64,000 nucleotides of DNA, from positions 81,778,001-81,842,000 of the forward strand of contig NC_087443.1 of NCBI RefSeq assembly GCF_036321535.1. Reading direction: 5' to 3'. A program made the position numbers and the translations under genes. The notes beneath the pieces were generated by a model. It was not told the origin of the DNA. It saw only the letters and a program-made list of their open reading frames with translations, and searched no databases. The stretch's first letter is position 1. Every line of letters begins with the position of its first letter. Positions 35,878 through 48,262 of this stretch are shown one piece after another. This DNA comes from Camelus dromedarius. Taxonomy: Eukaryota.

Positions 35878-36056
35878 TAAGCCTACAGTGGGACTCCCTT
35901 GTGGGAACAGCCTTAAGTGCAAGGAAGACAGAGGTGTCCCCTGGGACACAAACCACATGTTGCCAGGACCCTCTGAAGGAAAGGGAACATTGTACAGAAT
36001 CAGCAACACCATTAAAAGCATATGAATTAGGAAGTCCAGGAATGTCTACTTCTAAG
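35878..36056 (+). other. Candidate internal exon (179 nt)
   Basis: Acceptor ctcctttattcatttcAG|T, donor AAG|gtaaga; one frame open throughout (SLQWDSLVGTALS...GMSTSK). No homology recognised. Confidence 0.3.
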
Positions 36057-39000
36057 GTAAGAAAAAGCCCAAAGTGGTCCTGGACTGAATTCCAATGTGT
36101 ACTTTGGATATAGCAAGTCCGAGAGCCAGCATGCCTGCGGAGTGGACATTAAACTTGCTGCCTGAGTTCAGGGATGCCAAGCAGCTTTAGTTTTTGCATG
36201 TCCAGAGACAGCACGCTCCCCTCAGCCCCCTTCCAGCGCTCGCACGTGTGTCCTAGGCTGGGGGTGAGGGCAGAGGGGCTGGCAGCTGACGATACTTATT
36301 TACGTATTCATTTTTATAGGTTTTTTAATGAGCACATTGTCTAGGTAATGCTGTCTTTATGTTTTCCTTGACTGTGTCTGAAGCTGCTGTCTTGGGTACG
36401 GAAAACACCGAGGCTGATGAATTGCATTTCACATCTAAGACAATCTGAGTTTCTGGCACAGTGGACATTTATATAATGTTCTTTGCCACAGGCAAAACTT
36501 GTTTTCTGATGGATTTGAAGATTCTTTTCTTCTCCCTGTGAAGAAGGAAGTCTTGATATATCTCAATTTATCCTCAACCGAAATGTTTGATTTCATGATT
36601 ATTCAAGAAACCTAATGTCCTGTGACTTCAGTAGATTGAGTGTTTTGCTGCTGTCTTCCCACTTTGTCTTGTCCCTTTGGGTCCCAGTGAGCAAATTCGC
36701 CATTTTGACGGGAGCCCTGGCTTTGATTGAGCAGGGCTGGGCAGACGACACCCAGCACAGAAGGGGCCCCTGGTTTTGCATCCGGTCTAATTCTGCCCTC
36801 TTTCGGCTTGGGTCTTTGCTCAAACCATGCTGCCTGCTCCCGGATTCCTTAGAGAACACATTTTTAACTGTCACTGACAAGGAGAGAACTGAAATGTTGG
36901 GTTTTAGCCCTTCCCTCCCGAACAACCCCAACAACAATACAGGCCGCGAGTCCGCACGCTCCTGGCCAGCGCAGCTGCTCTAGGGCGCGGGGCCTGACGC
37001 ACTGGCCTGCAGCGCAGTGTCCGTGCCGGCGGGGGGACACGCAGGCACGATGCTCTGGTTCCGTCGTGAGAGCAGTGACTCCCCGCAGACCCTCCTGCGG
37101 GTCTGTGCTCAGCGAGCAGCACCTGTAGGCGGCTTTCCTGGGACTCAGAGGCTATGTCAGCGGAGAGAGACCTCGCAGCTGGAAAGCCCTTCCCCGCCGG
37201 CTGGGAGGGAAACTCAGCAGACGCAGAGGGACGACGACGTGCAGGGCTGCTCTCCTGCTCAGAGGAGGGGAAGGGGCGTGCTCCGTGGGGGGCCGCCAGC
37301 CCGTGGCCGCGAGACAGCTCCGGCTCTCGGGGGCCTGCGGGCGTCCCTGGAGGTCCCACCATCACGTCTTCGTTCCGGGGGTGCTGAGGCCAGTCACCTT
37401 CTTCCCATCATGGGCTTCTTTCTTTCCTTGATCTCAGCCGTGAGATGGGAACTTTGGCGGGAAACAGAGCAAAGAAACACTGGGCGGTGTCCTTAGGATC
37501 AAGGCACCAGCTCTGGGAAAGTGTCCAGTGTTTCAGGCCCGGGTGGTGAAGCGCTGTGTTTTCAGTGACCAGCCAGGGCCAGCAGGCCCGCTTCCAGCGC
37601 TGTCAGCTGGACCCATCAAGGGCCACAGCTGGGGTCCGGGACAGGGTGGGGCTGGGCAGCAGCCCCTGAAAGGGCAGGTCTTCCCGCCCCCTCCCCCGTG
37701 GGGGTGCGGTGCGTCATCCCCCCCACTGCGTCCCCGCCAGCCCGGGCTGCTTTGCCCACCTGTGCTCTGTGTGCACAGCCATCCCACTTCTCATCTGCAT
37801 CAGGGAAGGTACATCCGCTTCTGCTGGGTTTTACAGTTTTCCTGGTTTGTCTTAAAAATTACACTTAATCACTATTCAGCGTCTCACTGACGCACTTCGT
37901 TGCGCAGATAAATACGCACGTCTTCTTCCTCCCGGATGACTCCTTTCCACGTGTCTCTGCTGTCGACGTGAGTACGTATTTATCCCCTCGAGCCTGTATT
38001 TCTTTCTCGGAGTGTAGCAAAAGTGATTTAATTTTATTGTAAAATCTAGTGGGAGGGATAAATAAGCCTCAGATTTCACTCATCCAACTTGGAGATGATC
38101 ATTTTTGACAGATATCTCTGCTCACAAATTGGTATTTTTCTGTGTCTTCCTATAATCGAATAGTAAGCAATGCTGCTCCCCCAAACAGGTCATAAGCAGC
38201 AGTATTTTGGCACAACGAATGAAGCCTTTCAGAGAATGCAGAGTCACAGCCGGAGAGCCGGGCGGCGCCCGTGCACCTGCAGATGTGCACCAGGACGCTA
38301 GCTCGCGGTCGAGGGCTTCCTGGGGTCACTGCAGCTGTAACGGGCCCAGGTCCGCGCGCTGTGCCATTGTAGACGATCCTCTGTCTACTGTCTGATGAAG
38401 CCATTTCTCTTGTCAGCTCAGAGAAACAGTATCTCACGATGTAATTTTGTCCATGAGAACTAGGTGCTGAGAAGCACGGATTAGGAGTTTAAAGCAGGCA
38501 GATGCCCTGGCCTCAGTGGACTCGCAAAGTTGCAGGACGTGAGGGCTGGGAGGGACCTCAGCTCTAACCTGAAGAGACTAGGCCTTAAAGTGGGAGCTGG
38601 GGACCAGAGCGAGAGAGGTGGCCTGGCCAGGATGCCACTTCAGGAGATGCGCAGGACCAGGGCCAGTTTCTGCCATGGCCTTTCCCTTCCTGTTGTGGCC
38701 CCACGCGTCCCCCAGCCTGGATCGCCCATCCTCCAGGAGAGTGGCCGTCGGGAGGAGGGCTGCTACAACTTTCCAGATTTCCAAGTCAGCGGGGTCCAGC
38801 GAGGGTGGGGCAGACGCCGGGGGGTGACCCACAGCCATGACGCGGGTGCAGTGTCTGCGCACAGCCAGGCTGGGGCCCTGCTGGCCACCCAACTGTGTGC
38901 AGAGACTGGGGTCAACGTGCCCGCCTTTGCCTCCCAGCGGCGGGGTTTCTGGGAAACAATGAACATGGGCAGCGCGGTGGGACGTGGGGGCACAGCTCTG

Positions 39001-40626
39001 CCGTCTGACCCCAGAGGCCCGGCGGGGCGCCTCAGAGCTCAGCCACGGGGGCAGACATTTCCCCTCTCACGGCTTCAGTTCTCTCTTGTGAGGTGCTCAG
39101 TGCCGGGCCTGGGGAATTAGCTCTCAAACTGTGACAACTGGCCTGATTCTGCTTAGACTGGGGGCTTTTCTAGTGTGGTTAGGCTGTTCGGGTGTTTTGG
39201 TTAAGAAGCTGTAATTTAGAAGCAGGGGGACCACAGTGCAGACGTGGGAGCAGCCAGCAGTTCCCCCAGGCTGGGTGGAGGACACCCAGGTCTACTGACT
39301 GGATAACCAGGGACGGACAGACGGGCGGGTGTGCACAGCTAACACACCGTCCCCGTCACTGCTCCGCGGCCTTGAGTCCCCCCAGTTCCCACAGGTTTGA
39401 ACCGCAGGCTGAGCCCCAGCGGCTGGTGGGGCCTCTCGCTTCGATTCACCCACACTGATTCCGTTAGTTGCTTCCCGCTTCTGTTAGTGAGCACCCGCTG
39501 TCTCCTGTGTGTGAAGGAAACTTGATAAGCGCCAGCAGCAGCCCCAGGGCCGCTCAGGGCTGAGGCCCGCGGCAAAGAGGGGCTGACTCTGACTTGGGTT
39601 GGAGAAACAAGCTGCCGACAGGGAGCCCTGTGTGCAGAGGCTGCAGGAAGCGGCCATCTCCCGGGGGCCGGGGGGGACAGAACGGGGAAGCTGGGACGAC
39701 GAAAACGTGGGAGCCTGGAGGTGAGGCCTGCAGAGCTGAGACTCGGAGCTCTGGGCTGGGGTCTCCGAGCTTGGGGGGGGGGGGGGAACCCAGCTGGCCC
39801 ATGTGGGTGTCTGGAGGAGCGTGGCGGGGCTGGCTCTGCGGTGCTGGGAACCTGGCAGGTGGATGCAGGCCTCCTGAGAGGCACTGCCCGGTGACAAGCC
39901 TGCCTGAGCTGTCCCTCTGAGCCGGAAGCCAGTGGGGGTCCTTCTTGGGCCTCGTGGGGGCAGCTGGCTGTGGGAGTGGGGCCTGCAGGGGCCATACCAC
40001 AGCAGAGGACAGAGAATGGGGCTGGGGCTGTGAACTCACCTCCCTGAACCACTGGGTTCCCGACAACAAGGGAGCAGGTAACCGTGCACGCGTCGCACCC
40101 GCCTCCCTCCGCACGCCGCCAGCACCCTGGCCGCTCCGTCCTCCTCCCGCGTCTCCTTCTTCTCATGGGTTTCTTGCGTCTCTACCCAAAGTGCGTTTTT
40201 AAAATTTGAGTTTTCCATCTTCATAAAAATCAGGTTGAAATGTTGAAACTTCCGGGAATCCCTGTTACCTTCAGTTTGCAGGGAGAATGGGAGGAGCTGG
40301 GTTTTAAAATTGCTTCTGGTACACAAATGGCCCTGTTGGACCTCTGGAGCCAGGGAGCCAGAGCTTAAGGCACATAAACCACATAATCTGGTTTCAGCAC
40401 CCCATCCATCAGCCCTGAAGTCGCAGGGCAAGAAGGTCCAGCGAGCCTGGAAGGCACGGCGCCTCCTCTTGGGTGGTCTGGGAGAGCCCGGGTGCAGCAC
40501 CGCCTCGTCCATCAACCAGAAATGTAGGGCATGGCCCCGGCGTTCCTCCCAGCATCGGGAGGGGTTTCTTAATAGACTCTGAGCCTCTCGGGAAGTCTCT
40601 GCCTCCACAAGTGTGTGTGTTTAAGT

Positions 40627-40879
40627 GAATGGATGGGTGGATGGAGGGAGGGATGTGTGGATGAATAGATGAATAGATGGATGGATGCATGATAGATGGA
40701 TGGAGAGATGGAGGGGGGACTGGATGCACAGATGGGGAGATGGATGGATGAATAGATAAATGGATGGACGGAGGTGTGGGTGGATGAATGGATGGATGAA
40801 GGGAAGGGTGGGGGGATGGACGAATGGTTGGATGGATGGAAGTGTGGGAGGGTGGATGGATGCATAGATGGATGGGTGG
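40627..40879. repeat. Degenerate (GGAT/GAAT)n purine-rich simple repeat
   Basis: About 250 nt of interspersed TGGA, TGAA and TAGA units. Confidence 0.92.
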
Positions 40880-43240
40880 TCCTGGTGAGGTTGAGGAAGA
40901 GCACATGGCTGACATGGAGGGACTGCCCTGTCCAGCTGGCCCTCCTTCTAAAGCCAGTGCCCTACGGGGAGCTCTGTACCCCTCCACCCAGTGAGGGAAC
41001 AGGGGAGGGAGGGGACTTGGGCAGTGGAAGCACATGCCTGGTGCTTGGATGGATTCTGAAATTTTATAATAAAAATATAAACCAGCCTTTAACTTAAACA
41101 TCTATCTAAATAACAGACTGAAAATCAAGCTAAAGAAGACGTATCTAAACGATGCCGAAGCCGTTATGACTCAAGTGGTGACCGTGCATCACACGCTGAG
41201 GGGGGATCACGGCCCCGTGCTCGGCGGCTGGTGCAGCTTTTCATCTTTCAATGTCGTCTGCTTCTGGCACGGATGTCACCTCGTGTCTGCTGTCTCTGTG
41301 CCTGGTCCCTGCGGGAGGCCCAGAAGACGAGCACGCCTGGGCTGGGGGCACGCCTCGGGGTACCTCGACCTGTACGGCACCCCCAGTTGCCCTCAGTCTG
41401 GAATCTCTTTACGAAGCCTGCAAACCTCATATGGAAACAAAAGTGATCGGGGGCCCGCTCTCTGTAGCTGCTTTCTCATATCGCTCCTCTTGCCCTTGGC
41501 AGGTGAGAGAACGCAAGAAACATCACAACACACTGGATCACAGCGCAGCGGGCACGAGGGGAAGGGGAGGAAGCAGGTGGGGGCGAGAGCGGAGGGTGGA
41601 GACGGAGGCCCGGCCGAGCGCAGGGACCACCGAGTTGCTCTGGGAGGGAAGGCGCTTTCCCTGGCCGGGCCCCCGGGTCCTGTTCTGACAGCTGGTCTCC
41701 TTGGCCAGGTGTGGGCGGCTCAGTCTCTAGAGCAGAAAATGTCCCGTAAAATGTGGGCCCCACTCGGACTAATTCTGAGTGGATGGTCTCAACCACAGTC
41801 CCAGATCCCGTGTGCCCGGCGAACACCTGGGGTTACACACCTGATGGGACACAAGCCAGTGGGAGACTCACCTGCTAGGGTGCACGCCCAGTGGGGCCCA
41901 CGCCGTGGGACACATTCCCGGTGGGGCCCACTCCCAGGGGGGCACGAATCGGGTCTGTGCTCACGTCCAGCTCGGGCTTGCCACGCCGTCCTGGCTGGGC
42001 CCACGGCACCGCAGGCCTTCCTTCCTGCAACATCCTCAGCGGCTGTCTGCTGCCTTTGGGGTATAAGCTCCGTGGGGCCGAGCCCCTATCGCGCTGGTTC
42101 TGGTTGTGCTGGTTCTAGAACTCTCCTCGGCACCGAGCGGGCAGCTCGGTAATGCTGTTGGGTCAGTGGCTGCGGGCGCAGGTGACTAAGTGAGCATGTG
42201 TTCTGGCCCACACGCTACCCGGGGGGCCAAGGACGCACAGAGGTCCTGGTGGTGAGCTGAAGACACGGCCAAGCTGGTTCTGGGCGTGGGTGCAGCTGCC
42301 AGGCTCTCACAGCCTCGGGACCTCTTGGCCGCGCTGAGCCAGGCTGGGGAGACCCCAGCCCAGTCAGGGTAAAGCAGGAGGCGCGAGGCCCTCTGGTTTG
42401 CCGGCGCCGGCCCGCGCTCCCTTCTCTCGGGCTCGCAGCATCGCCTTCTGGTTTGATACTGAAATCGCATCCTCAGGCCTGGGCGTGGAAGCCGAGGTGC
42501 CTCCGGCAGGCCTGGCCACTCCAGGATGTGCAGCGCTGTTGAGGCTGAGAAGGTTAGTTTTATCAGCCAGCCCGGTGCTGCCGAGGTGGGCTGGGGGCTC
42601 GGGAGGGCCTGCTCCCTCCTGCTCTGTGTCTGCCCGGCCGGCTCGCCCTCCCCGGCCAGGGCACCTGTACACACGGGCAGGGACGCCCCTGCCCCCGGCT
42701 TCCTGAAGGCTCGTACCTGTGCGAGATGCTTGGTGTGAATGGAGAGGTGTCTGCTCCCCGGCGGGCTCTGTGGGCTGGGTGCGGTGACAGGGGTCGGGGG
42801 TGACAAGAGGCCAGCCGTCCAAGTGGTGGTGCCAGTTCTGCCACCAACAACCGGTGTGGGGGCCCGGCCGCTCCTGACCTCTCGCCCGTCCGCCTCGGCA
42901 TCAGCTGGAAGGAGGCCCGGCTGCCGCCCGCCGCCCGGGGCTCACAGGTGTGCGTTCGGCCGCTCGTCTCCAGGCGAAGGCCGGGGAGCCCCGTGCCGCC
43001 GTGCACCCGCCGCACAAGTACTAGGAATCATCGCAGACATGCCGTAGGGCCCGGGGCTGGCTCCTGCAGAAAAGCTGGTGAAATCCAACTCAAATCAGGG
43101 CTTCCGCAGAGAGCGGCGGGCCGGTCCAGGCTACCCTTCAGTTTCCACAGAGGCGCCACCGTTGGGTGAGTTACTAGTGTTTGGAGAAGCTACGGGAAGG
43201 ACCCGCCGGACCTCTCGGTAGCCCCTCTGCGACGACTGTA

Positions 43241-43711
43241 CCGGGCGACCTCGGGGCACTGCGGGCTTGGTCCAGACCATCCCAGTAAAGAGAGGAACAT
43301 GAAGTTTTTGGTCTCCTAGTGAGTATAAAAGTCATGTTTTTGCTATACTGAAGTCTATTAAGTGTGCGATGGCGTTATGTCTGAAAAATGATGCACACAC
43401 CTTCATTACAGATACTTTATTTTTTAAATATACTTTATTAAATAAACTTTGTTGCTAAAAAATGCTCTCACTTGAGGCTTCAGGGAATCATAGTGGTAAC
43501 ATCAGAGATCGCTGACCACAGGTCTCCACTGCACATATAATAATAAGGAGAGAGTTTGAAACATTGTGAGCTTTACCTCAACGTGAGACAAAGACCCAGA
43601 GTGAGCCAGTGCTGCTACTCAGAGCAGGGTTGTCACAAGCCTTCAATTTGTAAAAGACACAGTATCGGTGAAGGGCTATAAAGCCACGTGGAATTAAACA
43701 AGGTTTACCTG
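43241..43711 (-). mobile_element. Internally deleted Tigger1-derived DNA transposon (MITE-like)
   Basis: Minus strand starts CAGGTAAACCTTGTTT...TACAAATTGAAGGCTTGTGACAACCCTGC (Tigger1 5' end) and joins GCATTTTTTAGCAACAAAG...CACACTTAATAGACTTCAGTATAG (3' end). TA at 43239-43240 precedes the degenerate TIR. Confidence 0.85.
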
Positions 43712-43779
43712 CCTCCATCTCAAATTCCTCCAAAATAAAAATTCCATCAAAAATAAAAGAATGAGCTGAATCTAGCCAA

Positions 43780-43890
43780 TATTTTATAATAATTTTAAAT
43801 GGAGTATAACCTTTAAATCATTCTCTTGTACACCTGAAACCTACATAATACTTACCTAGTACATCAACTATAGTAAAAAGTAAAGTGAAT
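43780..43890 (+). mobile_element. Cetartiodactyl-type L1 extreme 3' end
   Basis: CAATATTTTATAATAATTTTAAATGGAGTATAACCTTTAAA...GTACACCTGAAAC...ATCAACTATA then A-rich tail. Confidence 0.75.
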
Positions 43891-46798
43891 AAATAATATA
43901 AAATAAAATTGTGTCTTCCCCTAAAAACTTAAATAAACAGCAGACTGGGTGGATGAGGCCACCCAGAGCGGTGGTGGACGGCGAGGCTGGTTTGCAGGGT
44001 GGCAGTGTTGTTGTCCTGTTTTTCCTGAGGGAGCACCTCCACACTTTCACACCAGGCACCCTGAGTCCAGTGACAGCTGCACCTTAGCCCCACGCCATGC
44101 ACGCCGGTGCACACCCACGCACACACTCGCCTTTCTGGCTCGGTTCTCCAGCTGCTGGCTGGTGGTGACGGCCTGGGGGCACAGCATCTCTGACGTGAAG
44201 AAGCTGTGTCAGTCGGGTCCGCGACAGATGTCCTCAAGTTCCCCACGACCCCATATGAACCTCTTGCTAAAGTCGTCCAGGTCCGGGACCTCCAGGAAAC
44301 GGCCTAGAGATTCCACTCTCACCTGAAGACCCGAGGGCAGGCTTGCCTCCGTGACAGTCTGTCAGGAGTACAGATTACATCCGCTTAAAATCTTCCCGCG
44401 CCGATTTCCGCTAAGCCATCATTACTTCTGCAGAAACCACGGAGCAACTCTGCTCTGTTCAAACCTCGTTTCTACTTATGAGTTTTCAAGCTGGGGAATA
44501 TTACTTCTCACTTCTGCCACTGATTAAATAAGGAATTCTTTTCCTTAGCTTTTCAGAGTTTTCTTTTAAAGCTGCCTTCTACCTAAAGAATGGCTGTGTT
44601 TGCATAAAGTGACACTTCTGTAGGCTGGCTCTTAAACTGGACAGAAATCTGGTAGCTTTGAGAGCCGAGTAAATATTTGCCTATTCTGGTTTCTGGAGAA
44701 ACATCATGGACTAAATGAAAACCTGTATCTCATGGATCCCAAAAAGAGCCTCCAGCCCACCGAGCTCCCAGCCCTCCTCTTAATCTGCCTTCCCCGCTGC
44801 CGTCAGTCAACCTGGGCCCTTTCTGGAACGATTAAGCCACAGAATGGGGCAGGAGTGGCTTCTTGGCCAAGAAGAGCTCAGGGCTGTGCCTCTTTCCTTC
44901 CTCCCTGCCGCTGTCGGTCAGAAGTCCGGGTTCTCCATCACAGACTCGTTTCGGATACTGGAAAAGACTGTTTTCAGCTTTAGGTGTCCGGACCGGGGGA
45001 GGGCGCCCTCCGGGGGTCGTGGGTGGAATCGTCGTCACCGCAGAGAAAATGTGTGTGTTTTCTGCTCGCAGGCTGAGCTCACGGGAGCAGGACAGTCATC
45101 TCCGTCAAATCAGGGTAGACGGAGGAGGGGAAGGGAGGCAAACTGGTGGCAAAGGGCCACAGAGCGTCGCCAAGATGGGCCGGGAAAACCGCCCTCGGTG
45201 GGACTCTTCAGCCTTTTGGTCTAGATCCGGTCTGCATAGATGCTGACAGCTTCCACCGGGGACGAGAGGACGGAATTCAAGATGGAACGTTGACGGGGTG
45301 ATTTTCCTTGCTGGGACCAGGGCCTGCCGGGCCCTCTGCTCCCGCACATCCTCGCCTTCCCTCCCTCAGCTCACGGTGAGCTCTCTGCTCCTCCATACCC
45401 GTCATTCCCGGGGCTTCTGACGGGCCACGGACCTCAGGCCTCTCTCTGCAGCTACTGTGGCTGCCAGCCCAGGGCTCAGGACCCTCGGGCTGGGACTTTC
45501 AGGGCTGTGTGTCTGCCGCCATCAGCTCACAATTCTCTGAGCTGCTGACCCACCAGCCCAGGATCTGTGTCCTGGATGCCACTATGGGGTCACAAGTCAG
45601 ACTGGTGGGGGTGCTTGGGGCTCTTTCCCTTTGGCAAGAGCAGTGATGACCAGAGTCCCTACAAGGGCACAGAGGAGGGAGAAGGGGGCCACGCTCTCCT
45701 GTCTGCAGTTCCCGAATCCAAAAAGCTAACACCCTCTTTTTGTTCGTCATGAGGGCCCTAGACGCATTTGGCAGGAAAGCCTGATGGGAGCCGAGGCGGG
45801 GCCGTTCAGCATCTTTATTCATCCTCTCAGTGTGAATGGTCGTGCTTTCCTCTGCAGAAATAGTAACGCGTCTAACTCGGAGCCGCTGCCCAGACTCTGC
45901 CGGGGTGTCACGCAGCACTCAGAGACGCGACTTTCCTCTCTTCCCAGCCTCAGACGCGGGTCCTAACACCTCCTCCGCTCGAGCGGGAACCCACCGCGGA
46001 GGCCGGGCACGTGACGAACATTCTTTTTAATGTAAGATGTGCATAAGTGATGAGAGACGTGGCTCGCTCTTTCTGGTAAGAGAATGGTTTTACAAAGTAA
46101 ACCAAAGACAAAGATTGCCCAGTATACAGCATGGCAGGCCTGAAAATATGACTGCATTTTAGAGGGAGGAAAAAAAGATCTTTGCAAGATTGAATTGTTC
46201 CTGGATGGGTTTTGAAAACCACCTCAGGCCTCTCTCTTGGCTCGGGGATGCCGGTCATTTGCATAGCTCATCCCTCGAGGGCAGAGCGCTGGGGCCCGGG
46301 TGACAGAGAGTCAACTGGAGAGAGTGAATCGAGGCCTGCTGGAGCAGCAGCAGGAGCAGGAGCAGAGGAAGAGTGTCGAGGGAAGGTGACTGATACTGTG
46401 TTTTCAGAAGCTTAGCAACAAGAACCAATTTGCTAGGGAAAAAAATATGGATTATGTGGAAGGAGCCAACCTACACTCAGAGCCGGTTACCAGCCTTTCT
46501 GCACGGGAAACGCAGCCGACGTTTCCATAGATTCTCAAAGGAACTTGTTTGAAGTCCAGCTTTCAATGTGACACAAGTTTTTCATCACCTATTTATGGAA
46601 GAAGAAAAGAATCCGCAGCCCTGAACACACAAAGGAGGATGAGAGGGTTCGAGAGAGCCCTTGATGGAGTCTGACACGCACTGTGGTGCCCCGCTTGGAG
46701 GTGGGAGGTGAGCCCCAGAACACGGCGAATTAAAAACTCCTGGAAGTGGAGCTCATCACCTGTGTTTGATGAAAAGATACATTTTTTTTTTTTTCCAG

Positions 46799-46922
46799 AA
46801 AATTTAGCTCACCGCCTGGAGAGGTCCAGCACCTCGGGCAGGCAGCGGACACCTTGCTGGACGGGCAACTCGGAGACGCAGCCCGTCCACCAAGAGGAGT
46901 GTGTGTTGTGGGAGCATCGCAG
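46799..46922 (+). other. Candidate exon A (124 nt)
   Basis: T13-ccAG acceptor and CAG|gtgagc donor; in frame with exon B across an 83-nt intron. Confidence 0.45.
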
Positions 46923-47005
46923 GTGAGCCCCCCCGGGGCTGGGCACTCAGAGCAGGGAGGAGGCCGTCGCCGTCTCTCACGCTCTTGCCCTCCTTCTGTC
47001 TCCAG

Positions 47006-47105
47006 CCCGGACAGGCGGACTCTTAGCTACTTTGGGCTTGCCTGGGAGAAGACCACAAACTGCTCAACGAATGGATTTGACAGACGTTTGCTGAGCACAC
47101 GGAGG
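47006..47105 (+). other. Candidate exon B (100 nt)
   Basis: Acceptor gctcttgccctccttctgtctccAG with tctcac branch-like site at 46975-46980; donor AGG|gtaaga. Confidence 0.45.
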
Positions 47106-47799
47106 GTAAGACTCCAGGACACTGACCGTTTAGGGGATAATTTTACTGAAATCGTTCTGAAGCTGCGCTAAGGCGCCAAGCCCACCAGACCCCTTTGCTG
47201 TGGCTCTGTCCGCAAAGGCCGCCGGCCCGGCCTCTTGCTCCGTTCGTTCGGCTGCCTCCTGGAGAACCTTTGAGCACCCAGTACGGCCCCTCCTCCGGGA
47301 CGACAGTGGGCGCTGGATTCTGACTGCGGGCAGCGAGGGAAATTTTGGGGTGAAGCCAGCAGCAAGAGAACATCCCCAGGGATGTGAGTATGGGGTCTAC
47401 TCAGCACTCGGTGAAGGATACCTGCTGGAGCCCAGATATGTGACAAGGAGGACCATTTGGAGAAGGTGACGGAGTTGTGGTCTGGAGAGTCGCATGGTGG
47501 TACTTTGTTCATGTGGCAGTCGGGAGCCACGGGGGGCTCTGGAGCAGTGGGGGGGGGCTGGACCCAGTCCTGCCCTAGCACTCAGTCTGCTTTCCTGGTA
47601 CGAGGCCATGCCTGCCACGTGCCTGCGAGGGGCTCGGAGCTGGACCTCCCAGAACCAGGTCTGTCGTCAGAGCCAAGCGTGTGCGTCGGGTGTTGCTGTG
47701 GATGTCAGGGCCGCCTGCGCCCCTGCTGGGCCTGCACACGGAGGTCCGCGCCACTGAGTTAAGCACCCCTCAAGACTCCAGGGACTATGAAGGAGGAGC

Positions 47800-48262
47800 C
47801 CAGGCTGGACTCAAGTCGGAAGGTTGTGTCTGTGGGTTCAGGCAGGGCAAAGGGGGACCCCAGGCCGGGAGACAGCACCTCAGAGGGCTCTGAGGAGCCG
47901 CTCCGAAGAGGCAGGGGGGTCTCAGTGTTACATGTAATTTTAGTGAAGGGGGGTCCGTGCCATCAGGCACACATTTTGGCAGAAGGTTGCTGCTAGTCAC
48001 AAGGAGCAGGCGTCACCGTTAATAACTAGTGCTTTTCTAAATAGGAGGAGACGCAAGAATTTGGGCTCATAAAATCTCCTGAAAATATTGAGCTACGTGG
48101 AGGTTTGTTCTGCCAGTGTCCCAGCGCACGGAGCGGTCTGTGATCAGTGATTCCTGATCTCCGCCCTGAGCCCCTTTTCAGGCGTGTTGAAAGTCAGCGG
48201 CTGCAGCGGCTCGTGGTCTAATCCTTGAAGAGGCAGATGGCAAGTGCCAAGCTTCAGCCAGC
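47800..48262. mobile_element. ERV1-class LTR, MER41_BT/MER41_Vpa-like
   Basis: GGGAGACAGCACCTCAGAGGGCTCTGAG...GAATTTGGGCTCATAAAATCTCCTGAAAATAT...GAGGCAGATGGCAAGTGCCAA. Homologous to the copy at 50310-50773; family name from memory. Confidence 0.8.

Noticed and set aside
41502-43146. Further + strand candidate exons at about 41502-41576 and 43070-43146
   Set aside because: Weaker splice signals and phases that do not extend the chain; likely pseudo-exons.
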